DNA from: Eledone cirrhosa
Lineage: Eukaryota
Direction of reading: 5' to 3'
NCBI GenBank assembly: GCA_964016885.1
Contig: OZ024749.1
Span: forward strand, 14,384,001 to 14,448,000
DNA: 64,000 bases
Both the position numbers and the translations under genes were made by a program. Below, piece after piece: positions 16,201 to 31,570 of the stretch (position 1 is the first letter of the stretch; each line of letters begins with the position of its first letter). The notes beneath the pieces were generated by a model that made no database searches, had not been told where the DNA came from, and was given only the letters and a program-made list of their open reading frames with translations.

Positions 16201-19200
16201 CAGGTGTGCCACACATACTATATGGCACAGGTCTGTCACACATACTATATGGCACAGGTGTGCCACACATACTATATGGCACAGGTGTGTCACACATACT
16301 ATATGGCACAGGTCTGCCACACATACTATATGGCACAGGTCTGCCACACATACTATATGGCACAGGTCTGCCACACATACTATATGGCACAGCTCTTCCA
16401 CACATACTTTATGGCACAGGTTTCTCACACATACTATATGGCACAGGTCTGCCACACATACTATATGGCACAGGTCTTTCACACATACTATATGGCACAG
16501 GTCTGTCACACATACTATATGGCACAGGTCTCCGCCACATACTATATGGCACAGGTCTTCCACACATACTATATGGCACAGGTCTGCCACACATACCATA
16601 TGGCACAGGTCTCCCACACATACTATATGGCACAGGTCTGCCACACATACTATATGGCACAGGTCTTCCACACATACAATATGGCACAGATCTACCACAC
16701 ATACTATATGGCACATGTCTTCCACACATACTATATGGCACATGTCTTCCACACATACAATATGGCACAGGTCTACCACACATACTATATGGCACATGTC
16801 TTCCACACATACTATATGGCACATGTCTTCCACACATACAATATGGCACAGGTCTTCCACACATACTATATGGCACATGTCTTCCACACATACTATATGG
16901 CACAGGTCTGCCAAACATACTATATGGCACAGGTCTTCCACACATACTATGTGGCACAGGTCTGCCACACATACTATATGGCACAGGTCTGCCACACATA
17001 CTATATGGCACAGGTCTGTCACACATACTATATGGCACAGGTCTTCCACACATACTATATGGCACAGGTGTACCACATATACTATATGGCACAGGTGATC
17101 CACACATACTATATGGCACAGGTGTACCACATATACTATATGGCACAGGTCTGCCACACATACTATATGGCACAGGTCTTCCACACATACTATATGGCAC
17201 AGGTGTACCACACATACTATATGGCACAGGTCTTCCACACGTACTATATGGCACAGGTGTGCCACATATACTATATAGCACAGGTCTTCCACATATACTA
17301 TATGACACATGTGTGCCACACATACTATATGGCACAGGTCTTCCACACATACTATATGGCACATGTGTGCCACACGTACTATATGGCACAGGTCTTCCAC
17401 ACATACTATATGGCACAGGTGTGCCACACATACAATATGGCACAGGTCTTCCACACATACTATATGGCACAGGTCTTCCACAAATACTATGTGGCACAGG
17501 TCTGCCACACATACTATATGGCACAGGTCTGCCACACATACTATATGGCACAGGTCTTCCACACATACTATATGGCACAGGTCTTCCACACATACTATAT
17601 GGCACAGGTCTGCCACACATACTATATGGCACAGGTGTGCCACACGCACTATATGGCACAGGTGTGCCACATATACTATATAGCACAGGTCTGTCACGCA
17701 TACTATATGGCACAGGTCTTCCACACATACTATATGGCACATGTGTGCCAAACATACTATATCGCACATGTGTGCCACACATATAATATGGCACATGTGT
17801 TCCACACATACTATATGGCACACGTCTGTCACACATACTATATGGTACATGTCTTCCACACATACTATATGGTCCAAGTGTGCCACACATACTATATGGC
17901 ACAGGTCTTCCACACATACTATATGGCACAGGTCTTCCACACATGCTATATGGCACATGTCTGCCACACATACTATATGGCACAGGTGTGTCACACGTAC
18001 TATATGGCACAGGTGTTCCACATATACTATATATCACAGGTCTGTCACACATACTATATGGCACAGGTCTTCCACACATACTATATGGCACAGGTGTACC
18101 ACACATACTATATGGCACAGGTGTACCACACATACTATATGGCACAGGTCTTCCACACATACTATATGGCACAGGTGTACCACACATACTATATGGCACA
18201 GGTCTGTCACACATACTATATGGCACAGGTCTGCCACACATACTATATGGCACAGGTGTCCCACACAAACTATATGGCACAGGTCTTCCACACATACAAT
18301 ATGGCACAGGTCTGGCACACATACTATATGGCACAGGTGTGCCACACATACTATATGGCACAGGTGTGCCACACATACTATATGGCACAGGTCTGCCACA
18401 CATACTATATGGCACAGGTGTGCCACACATACTATATGGCACAGGTCTGTCGCACATACTATATGGCACAGGTCTCCCACACATACTATATGTCACAGGT
18501 CTCCCACACATACTATATGGCACAGGTCTGTCACACATACTATATGGCACAGGTCTTCCACACATACTATATGGCACAGGTCTGTCACACATACTATATG
18601 GCACAGGTTTGTCACACATACTATATGGCACAGGTCTGCCACACATACTATATGGCACAGGTCTTCCACACATACTATATGGCACAGGTCTGTCACACAT
18701 ACAATATGGCACAGGTCTTCCACACATACTATATGGCACATGTATGCCACACATACTATATGGCACAGGTCTGCCATACATACTATATGGCACAGGTGTG
18801 CCACATATACTATATAGCACAGGTCTGTCACACATACTATATGGCACAGGTGTGCCACACATACTATATGGCACAGGTCTTCCACACATACTATATGGCA
18901 CAGGTCTCCACATATACTATATGGCACAGGTCTTCCACATATACTATATGGCACAGGTCTGTCACACATACTATATGGCACAGGTCTTCCACACATACTA
19001 TATGGCACAGGTGTACCACATATACTATATGGCACAGGTGTGCCACACATACTATATGGCACAGGTGTGCCACACATACTATATGGCACAGGTCTGCCAC
19101 ACATACTATATGGCACAGGTCTGCCACATATACTATATGGCACAGGTCTACCACACATACTATATGGCACAGGTCTGCCACACATACTATATGGCACAGG

Positions 19201-22200
19201 TGTGCCACACATACTATATGGCACAGGTGTACCACACATACTATATGGCACAGGTGTACCACACATACTATATGGCACAGGTCTCCCACACATACTATAT
19301 GGCACAGGTCTTCCACACATACTATATGGCACATGTGTGCCACATATACTATATGGCACAGGTCTCCCACACATACTATATGGCACATGTCTTCCACACA
19401 TACTATATGGCACAGGTGTGCCACACATACTATATGGCACAGGTCTTCCACACATACTATATGGCACAGGTCTGCCACATATACTTTATGGCACAGGTCT
19501 GTCACACATACTATATGGCACAGGTGTACCACATATACTATATGGCACAGGTGTGCCACACATACTATATGGCACAGGTTTGCCACACATACTATATGGA
19601 ACAGGTCTTCCACACATACTATATGGAACAGGTGTGTCACACATACTATATGGCACATGTCTTCCACACATACTATATGGCACAGGTGTGCCACACATAC
19701 TATATGGCACAGGTCTCCCACACATACTATATGGCACAGGTCTGTCACACATACTATATGGCACAGGTGTGCCACACATACTATATGGGACAGGTCTGCC
19801 GCACTTACTATATGGCACAGGTCTGCCACACATACTATATGGCACAGGTGTGCCACACATACTATATGGCACAGGTCTGTCACACATACTATATGGCACA
19901 GGTGTGCCACACATACTATATGGCACAGGTGTGTCACACATACTATATGGCACAGGTCTGCCACACATACTATATGGCACAGGTCTGCCACACATACTAT
20001 ATGGCACAGGTCTGCCACACATACTATATGGCACAGCTCTTCCACACATACTATATGGCACAGGTCTGTCACACATACTATATGGCACAGGTCTGCCACA
20101 CATACTATATGGCACAGGTCTTTCACACGTACTATATGGCACAGGTCTGTCACACATACTATATGGCACAGGTCTCCGCCACATACTATATGGCACAGGT
20201 CTACCACACATACTATATGGCACAGGTGTGCCACACATACTATATGGCACAGGTCTTCCACACATACTATATGGCACAGGTCTCCCACACATACTATATG
20301 GCACAGGTGTGCCACACATACTATATGGCGCAGGTCTGCCACACATACTATATGGCACAGCTCTTCCACACATACTATATGGCACAGGTCTGCCACACAT
20401 ACTATATGGCACAGCTCTTCCACAGATACTATATGGTACAGGTCTCCCACACATACAATATGGCACAGGTGTGCCACACATAATATATGGCACAGGTGTG
20501 CCACACATACTATATGACACAGGTCTTCGACACATATTATATGGCACAGGTGTGCCACACATACCATATGGCACAGGTCTTCCACACATACTATATGGCA
20601 CAGGTCTGTCACACATACTATATGACACAGGTCTTCCACACATACTATATGGCACCGGTCTTCCACACATACTATATGGCACAGGTCTGCCACACATACT
20701 ATATGGCACAGGTCTTCCACACATACTATATGGCACAGGTATGCCACACATACTATATGGCACAGGTCTTCCACACATACTATATGGCACAGCTCTTCCA
20801 CACATACTATATGGCACAGGTCTTCCACACATACTATATGGCACAGGTCTGCCACACATACTATATGGCACAGGTCTCCCACACATACTATATGGTACAG
20901 ATCTCCCACACATACTATATGGCACAGGTGTGCCACACATACTATATGGCACAGGTGTGCCACACATACTATATGGCACAGGTCTCCCACACATACTATA
21001 TGGCACAGGTGTGCCACACATACTATATGGCACAGGTGTGCCACACATACTATATGGCACATGTCTTCCACACATACAATATGGCACAGGTCTTCCACAC
21101 ATACTATATGGCACATGTCTTCCACACATACTATATGGCACAGGTCTGCCAAACATACTATATGGCACAGGTCTTCCACACATACTATGTGGCACAGGTC
21201 TGCCACACATACTATATGGCACAGGTCTGACACACATACTATATGGCACAGGTCTGCCACACATACTATATAGCACAGGTCTTCCACACATACTATATGG
21301 CACAGGTGTACCACATATACTATATGGCACAGGTGTTCCACACATACTATATGGCACAGGTGTACCACATATACTATATGGCACAGGTCTGCCACACATA
21401 CTATATGGCACAGGTCTTCCACACATACTATATGGCACAGGTGTACCACACATACTATATGGCACAGGTCTTCCACACGTACTATATGGCACAGGTGTGC
21501 CACACATACTATATGGCACAGGTCTTCCACACATACTATATGGCACATGTGTGCCACACGTACTATATGGCACAGGTCTTCCACACATACTATATGGCAC
21601 AGGTGTGCCACACATACAATATGGCACAGGTCTTCCACACATAATATATGGCACAGGTCTTCCACAAATACTATGTGGCACAGGTCTGCCACACATACTA
21701 TATGGCACAGGTCTGCCACACATACTATATGGCACAGGTCTTCCACACATACTATATGGCACAGGTCTTCCACACATATTATATGGCACAGGTCTGCCAC
21801 ACATACTATATGGCACAGGTGTGCCACACGCACTATATGGCACAGGTGTGCCACATATACTATATAGCACAGGTCTGTCACGCATACTATATGGCACAGG
21901 TCTTCCACACATACTATATGGCACATGTGTGCCAAACATACTATATCGCACATGTATGCCACACATATAATATGGCACATGTGTGCCACACATACTATAT
22001 GGCACACGTCTGTCACACATACTATATGGCACATGTCTTCCACACATACTATATGGCCCAGGTGTGCCACACATACTATATGGCACAGGTCTGCCACACA
22101 TACTATATGGCACAGGTCTTCCACACATACTATATGGCACATGTCTGCCACACATACTATATGGCACAGGTGTGTCACACGTACTATATGGCACAGGTGT

Positions 22201-25200
22201 GCCACATATACTATATATCACAGGTCTGTCACACATACTATATGGCACAGGTCTTCCACACATACTATATGGCACATGTGTCCCACACATACTATATGGC
22301 ACAGGTGTACCACACATACTATATGGCACAGGTGTACCACACATACTATATGGCACAGGTCTTCCACACATACTATAAGGCACAGGTGTACCACACATAC
22401 TATATGGCACAGGTCTGTCACACATACTATATGGCACAGGTCTGCCACACATACTATATGGCACAGGTGTCCCACACATACTATATGGCACAGGTCTTCC
22501 ACACATACAATATGGCACAGGTCTGGCACACATACTATATGGCACAGGTGTGCCACACATACTATATGGCACAGGTGTGCCACACATACTATATGGCACA
22601 GGTCTGCCACACATACTATATGGCACAGGTGTGCCACACATACTATATGGCACAGGTCTGTCACACATACTATATGGCACAGGTCTCCCACACATACTAT
22701 ATGTCACAGGTCTCCCACACATACTATATGGCACAGGTCTGTCACACATACTATATGGCACAGGTCTTCCACACATACTATATGGCACAGGTCTGCCACA
22801 CATACTATATGGCACAGGTTTGTCACACATACTATATGGCACAGGTCTGCCACACATACTATATGGCACAGGTCTTCCACACATACTATATGGCACAGGT
22901 CTGTCACACATACTATATGGCACAGGTCTTCCACACATACTATATGGCACATGTATGCCACACATACTATATGGCACAGGTCTGCCATACATACTATATG
23001 GCACAGGTGTGCCACATATACTATATAGCACAGGTCTGTCACACATACTATATGGCACAGGTGTGCCACACATACTATATGGCACAGGTCTTCCACACAT
23101 ACTATATGGCACAGGTCCCCACATATACTATATGGCACAGGTCTTCCACATATACTATATGGCACAGGTCTGTCACACATACTATATGGCACAGGTCTTC
23201 CACACATACTATATGGCACAGGTGTACCACATATACTATATGGCACAGGTGTGCCACACATACTATATGGCACAGGTGTGCCACACATACTATATGGCAC
23301 AGGTCTCCCACACATACTATATGGCACACGTCTGCCACATATACTATATGGCACAGGTCTACCACACATACTATATGGCACAGGTCTGCCACACATACTA
23401 TATGGCACAGGTGTGCCACACATACTATATGGCACAGGTGTTCCACACATACTATATGGCACAGGTGTACCACACATACTATATGGCACAGGTCTCCCAT
23501 ACATACTATATGGCACAGGTCTTCCACACATACTATATGGCACATGTGTGCCACATATACTATATGGCACAGGTCTCCCACACATACTATATGGCACATG
23601 TCTTCCACACATACTATATGGCACAGGTGTGCCACACATACTATATGGCACAGGTCTTCCACACATACTATATGGCACAGGTCTGCCACATATACTTTAT
23701 GGCACAGGTCTGTCACACATACTATATGGCACAGGTGTACCACATATACTATATGGCACAGGTGTTCCACACATACTATATGGCACAGGTTTGCCACACA
23801 TACTATATGGAACAGGTCTTCCACACATACTATATGGCACAGGTTTGTCACACATACTATATGGCACAGGTGTGCCACACATACTATATGGCACAGGTCT
23901 CCCACACATAATATATTGCACAGGTCTGTCACACATACTATATGGCACAGGTTGCCACACATACTATATGGGACAGGTCTGCCGCACTTACTATATGGCA
24001 CAGGTCTGCCACACATACTATATGGCACAGGTGTGCCACACATACTATATGGCACAGGTCTGTCACACATACTATATGGCACAGGTGTGCCACACATACT
24101 ATATGGCACAGGTGTGTCACACATACTATATGGCACAGGTCTGCCACACATACTATATGGCACAGGTCTGCCACACATACTATATGGCACAGGTCTGCCA
24201 CACATACTATATGGCACAGCTCTTCCACACATACTATATGGCACAGGTTTCTCACACATACTATATGGCACAGGTCTGCCACACATACTATATGGCACAG
24301 GTCTTTCACACATACTATATGGCACAGGTCTGTCACACATACTATATGGCACAGGTCTCCGCCACATACTATATGGCACAGGTCTTCCACACATACTATA
24401 TGGCACAGGTCTGCCACACATACCATATGGCACAGGTCTCCCACACATACTATATGGCACAGGTCTGCCACACATACTATATGGCACAGGTCTTCCACAC
24501 ATACAATATGGCACAGATCTACCACACATACTATATGGCACATGTCTTCCACACATACTATATGGCACATGTCTTCCACACATACAATATGGCACAGGTC
24601 TACCACACATACTATATGGCACATGTCTTCCACACATACTATATGGCACATGTCTTCCACACATACAATATGGCACAGGTCTTCCACACATACTATATGG
24701 CACATGTCTTCCACACATACTATATGGCACAGGTCTGCCAAACATACTATATGGCACAGGTCTTCCACACATACTATGTGGCACAGGTCTGCCACACATA
24801 CTATATGGCACAGGTCTGCCACACATACTATATGGCACAGGTCTGTCACACATACTATATGGCACAGGTCTTCCACACATACTATATGGCACAGGTGTAC
24901 CACATATACTATATGGCACAGGTGATCCACACATACTATATGGCACAGGTGTACCACATATACTATATGGCACAGGTCTGCCACACATACTATATGGCAC
25001 AGGTCTTCCACACATACTATATGGCACAGGTGTACCACACATACTATATGGCACAGGTCTTCCACACGTACTATATGGCACAGGTGTGCCACATATACTA
25101 TATAGCACAGGTCTTCCACATATACTATATGACACATGTGTGCCACACATACTATATGGCACAGGTCTTCCACACATACTATATGGCACATGTGTGCCAC

Positions 25201-28200
25201 ACGTACTATATGGCACAGGTCTTCCACACATACTATATGGCACAGGTGTGCCACACATACAATATGGCACAGGTCTTCCACACATACTATATGGCACAGG
25301 TCTTCCACAAATACTATGTGGCACAGGTCTGCCACACATACTATATGGCACAGGTCTGCCACACATACTATATGGCACAGGTCTTCCACACATACTATAT
25401 GGCACAGGTCTTCCACACATACTATATGGCACAGGTCTGCCACACATACTATATGGCACAGGTGTGCCACACGCACTATATGGCACAGGTGTGCCACATA
25501 TACTATATAGCACAGGTCTGTCACGCATACTATATGGCACAGGTCTTCCACACATACTATATGGCACATGTGTGCCAAACATACTATATCGCACATGTGT
25601 GCCACACATATAATATGGCACATGTGTTCCACACATACTATATGGCACACGTCTGTCACACATACTATATGGTACATGTCTTCCACACATACTATATGGT
25701 CCAAGTGTGCCACACATACTATATGGCACAGGTCTTCCACACATACTATATGGCACAGGTCTTCCACACATGCTATATGGCACATGTCTGCCACACATAC
25801 TATATGGCACAGGTGTGTCACACGTACTATATGGCACAGGTGTTCCACATATACTATATATCACAGGTCTGTCACACATACTATATGGCACAGGTCTTCC
25901 ACACATACTATATGGCACAGGTGTACCACACATACTATATGGCACAGGTGTACCACACATACTATATGGCACAGGTCTTCCACACATACTATATGGCACA
26001 GGTGTACCACACATACTATATGGCACAGGTCTGTCACACATACTATATGGCACAGGTCTGCCACACATACTATATGGCACAGGTGTCCCACACAAACTAT
26101 ATGGCACAGGTCTTCCACACATACAATATGGCACAGGTCTGGCACACATACTATATGGCACAGGTGTGCCACACATACTATATGGCACAGGTGTGCCACA
26201 CATACTATATGGCACAGGTCTGCCACACATACTATATGGCACAGGTGTGCCACACATACTATATGGCACAGGTCTGTCGCACATACTATATGGCACAGGT
26301 CTCCCACACATACTATATGTCACAGGTCTCCCACACATACTATATGGCACAGGTCTGTCACACATACTATATGGCACAGGTCTTCCACACATACTATATG
26401 GCACAGGTCTGTCACACATACTATATGGCACAGGTTTGTCACACATACTATATGGCACAGGTCTGCCACACATACTATATGGCACAGGTCTTCCACACAT
26501 ACTATATGGCACAGGTCTGTCACACATACAATATGGCACAGGTCTTCCACACATACTATATGGCACATGTATGCCACACATACTATATGGCACAGGTCTG
26601 CCATACATACTATATGGCACAGGTGTGCCACATATACTATATAGCACAGGTCTGTCACACATACTATATGGCACAGGTGTGCCACACATACTATATGGCA
26701 CAGGTCTTCCACACATACTATATGGCACAGGTCTCCACATATACTATATGGCACAGGTCTTCCACATATACTATATGGCACAGGTCTGTCACACATACTA
26801 TATGGCACAGGTCTTCCACACATACTATATGGCACAGGTGTACCACATATACTATATGGCACAGGTGTGCCACACATACTATATGGCACAGGTGTGCCAC
26901 ACATACTATATGGCACAGGTCTGCCACACATACTATATGGCACAGGTCTGCCACATATACTATATGGCACAGGTCTACCACACATACTATATGGCACAGG
27001 TCTGCCACACATACTATATGGCACAGGTGTGCCACACATACTATATGGCACAGGTGTACCACACATACTATATGGCACAGGTGTACCACACATACTATAT
27101 GGCACAGGTCTCCCACACATACTATATGGCACAGGTCTTCCACACATACTATATGGCACATGTGTGCCACATATACTATATGGCACAGGTCTCCCACACA
27201 TACTATATGGCACATGTCTTCCACACATACTATATGGCACAGGTGTGCCACACATACTATATGGCACAGGTCTTCCACACATACTATATGGCACAGGTCT
27301 GCCACATATACTTTATGGCACAGGTCTGTCACACATACTATATGGCACAGGTGTACCACATATACTATATGGCACAGGTGTGCCACACATACTATATGGC
27401 ACAGGTTTGCCACACATACTATATGGAACAGGTCTTCCACACATACTATATGGAACAGGTGTGTCACACATACTATATGGCACATGTCTTCCACACATAC
27501 TATATGGCACAGGTGTGCCACACATACTATATGGCACAGGTCTCCCACACATACTATATGGCACAGGTCTGTCACACATACTATATGGCACAGGTGTGCC
27601 ACACATACTATATGGGACAGGTCTGCCGCACTTACTATATGGCACAGGTCTGCCACACATACTATATGGCACAGGTGTGCCACACATACTATATGGCACA
27701 GGTCTGTCACACATACTATATGGCACAGGTGTGCCACACATACTATATGGCACAGGTGTGTCACACATACTATATGGCACAGGTCTGCCACACATACTAT
27801 ATGGCACAGGTCTGCCACACATACTATATGGCACAGGTCTGCCACACATACTATATGGCACAGCTCTTCCACACATACTATATGGCACAGGTCTGTCACA
27901 CATACTATATGGCACAGGTCTGCCACACATACTATATGGCACAGGTCTCCGCCACATACTATATGGCACAGGTCTACCACACATACTATATGGCACAGGT
28001 GTGCCACACATACTATATGGCACAGGTCTTCCACACATACTATATGGCACAGGTCTCCCACACATACTATATGGCACAGGTGTGCCACACATACTATATG
28101 GCGCAGGTCTGCCACACATACTATATGGCACAGCTCTTCCACACATACTATATGGCACAGGTCTGCCACACATACTATATGGCACAGCTCTTCCACAGAT

Positions 28201-28810
28201 ACTATATGGTACAGGTCTCCCACACATACAATATGGCACAGGTGTGCCACACATAATATATGGCACAGGTGTGCCACACATACTATATGACACAGGTCTT
28301 CGACACATATTATATGGCACAGGTGTGCCACACATACCATATGGCACAGGTCTTCCACACATACTATATGGCACAGGTCTGTCACACATACTATATGACA
28401 CAGGTCTTCCACACATACTATATGGCACCGGTCTTCCACACATACTATATGGCACAGGTCTGCCACACATACTATATGGCACAGGTCTTCCACACATACT
28501 ATATGGCACAGGTATGCCACACATACTATATGGCACAGGTCTTCCACACATACTATATGGCACAGCTCTTCCACACATACTATATGGCACAGGTCTTCCA
28601 CACATACTATATGGCACAGGTCTGCCACACATACTATATGGCACAGGTCTCCCACACATACTATATGGTACAGATCTCCCACACATACTATATGGCACAG
28701 GTGTGCCACACATACTATATGGCACAGGTGTGCCACACATACTATATGGCACAGGTCTCCCACACATACTATATGGCACAGGTGTGCCACACATACTATA
28801 TGGCACAGGT
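13215..28810. repeat. Near-identical tandem duplication, period 7,827 bp (290 monomers minus three 1-bp deletions): about 13215-21040 and about 21042-28810
   Basis: ORF pairs match at offset 7,827 (13821/21648, 14098/21925, 15424/23251, 17741/25568, 19040/26867). The differences I found are a T/A SNP at 16409/24236 and a 54-bp (2-monomer) deletion near 27940, after which the offset is 7,773 (20487/28260). Confidence 0.96.
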
Positions 28811-30719
28811 CTGCCACACGTACTATATGGCACAGGTCTTCCACACATACTATGTGGGACAGGTCTTCCACACATACTATATGGCACAGGTCTTCCACAC
28901 ATACTATATGGCACAGGTGTACCACACATACTATATGGCACAGGTCTGTCACACATACTATATGGCACAGGTCTTCCACACATACTATATGGCACATGTC
29001 TTCCACAAATACTATATGGCACAGGTCTTCCACACATACTATATGGCACAGGTCTGTCACACATACTATATGGCACAGGTGTGCCACACGTACTATTTGG
29101 CACAGGTGTGCCACATATACTATATAGCACAGGTCTTCCACACATACTATATGGCACAGGTGTGCCACACATACTATATGGCACAGGTCTGCCACACGTA
29201 CTATATGGCACAGGTCTTCCACACATACTATGTGACACAGGTCTTCCACACATACTATATGGCACACGTCTTCCACACATACTATATGGCAGAGGTCTTC
29301 CACACATACTATATGGCACAGGTGTACCACACATACTATATGGAACAGGTCTTCCACACATACTATATGGAACAGGTCTTCCACACATACTATATGGCAC
29401 AGGTCTTCCACACATACTATATGGCACAGGTCTGCCACACATACTATATGGCACAGGTCTTCAACACATACTATGTGGCACAGGTCTTCCACATATACTA
29501 TATGGCACAGGTGTCTCACACATACTATATGGCACAGGTCTCCCACACATACTATATGGCACATGTCTGCCACACATACTATATGGCACAGGTCTTCCAC
29601 ACATACTATGTGGCACAGGTCTTCCACATATACTATATGGCACAGGTGTCCCACACATACTATGTGGCACATGTCTTCCACACATACTATATGGCACAGG
29701 TGTCCCACACATACTATATGGCACAGGTCTTCCACACATACTATGTGGCACAGGTCTTCCACATATACTATATGGCACAGGTGTCCCACACATACTATAT
29801 GGCACAGGTCTTCCACACATACTATATGGCACGGGTCTGCCACACATACTATATGGCACAGGTCTTCCACACATACTATGTGGCACAGGACTTCCACATA
29901 TACTATATGGCAGAGGTGTCCCACACATACTATGTGCCACAGGTCTGCCACACATACTATATGGCACAGGTGTCCCACACATACTATATGGCACAGGTCT
30001 TCCACACATACTATATGGCACATGTCTTCCACACATACTATATGGCACAGGTCTTCCACAGATACTATATGGCACAGGTCTTCCACACATACTATATGGC
30101 ACAGGTCTGCCACATATACTATATGGCACAGGTCTTCCACACATACTATATGGCACATGTGTGCCACATATACTATATGGCACAGGTCTTCCACACATAC
30201 TATATGACACAGGTCTGTCACACATACAATATGGCACAGGTCTTCCACACATACTATATGGCACAGGTCTCCCACATATACTATATGGCACAGGTGTGCC
30301 ACACATACTATATGGCACATGTCTGTTACACATACTATATGGCACAGGTCTGCCACACATAATATATGACACAGGTCTTCCACACATACTATATGGCACA
30401 GGTCTGTCACAGATACTATATGGCACAGGTCTTCCACACATACTATATGGCACAGGATTTCCACACATACTATATGGCACATGTCTCCCACACATACTAT
30501 ATGGCACAGGTCTTCCACACATACTATATGGCACAGGTGTACCACACATACTATATGGCACAGGTCTCCCACACATACTATATGGCACAGGTGTACCACA
30601 CATACTATATGGCACAAGTCTGCCACACATACTATATGGCACAGGTGTGTCACACATACTATATGGCACAGGTCTGCCACACATACTATATGGCACAGGT
30701 GTGCCACACATACAATATG

Positions 30720-31570
30720 GCTCAGGTCTTCCACACATACTATATGGCACAGGTCACCCACACATACTATATGGCACAGGTGTACCACACATACTATATG
30801 GCACAGGTCTTCCACACATACTATATGGCACAGGTCTTCCACACATACTATATGGCACAGGTCTTCCACACTTACTATATGGCACAGGTGTCCCACACAT
30901 ACTATATGGCACAGGTCTTCCACACATACTATATGGCACAGGTGTACCACACATACTATATGGCACAGGTCTTCCACTCATACTATATGGCACAGGTCTT
31001 CCACACATATTATATGGCACAGGTCTGCCACACATACTATATGGCACAGATCTTCCACATATACTATATGGCACAGGTGTCCCACACATAATATATGGCA
31101 CAGGTCTTCCACACATACTATATGGCACAGGTCTTCCACACATACTATATGGCACAGGTCACCCACACATACTATATGGCACAGGTGTACCACACATACT
31201 ATATGGCACAGGTCTTCCACACATACTATATGGCACAGGTCTTCCACACATACTATATGGCACAGGTCTTCCACACTTACTATATGGCACAGGTGTCCCA
31301 CACATACTATATGGCACAGGTCTTCCACACATACTATATGGCACAGGTGTACCACACATACTATATGGCACAGGTCTTCCACACATACTATATGGCACAG
31401 GTCTTCCACACATATTATATGGCACAGGTCTGCCACACGTACTATATGGCACAGGTCTTCCACACATACTATGTGGCACAGGTCTTCCACATATACTATA
31501 TGGCACAGGTGTCCCACACATAATATATGGCACAGGTCTTCCACACATACTATATGGCACAGGTCTTCCA
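30720..31570. repeat. Local 15-16-monomer tandem duplication (405-432 bp); the homologous pair lies at about 34580-35460
   Basis: The GTCACCC marker recurs at about 30754/31159 and 34613/35045. The CACTTAC, CATATTAT and CATAATAT markers repeat in the same order. Confidence 0.85.

Noticed and set aside
715-28810. Frame-preserving selection on higher-order repeat lengths (2,454, 7,827 and 1,296 are multiples of 3)
   Set aside because: Other periods (3,562, 2,186, 3,859, 4,400) are not multiples of 3, and the frame shifts inside the blocks.
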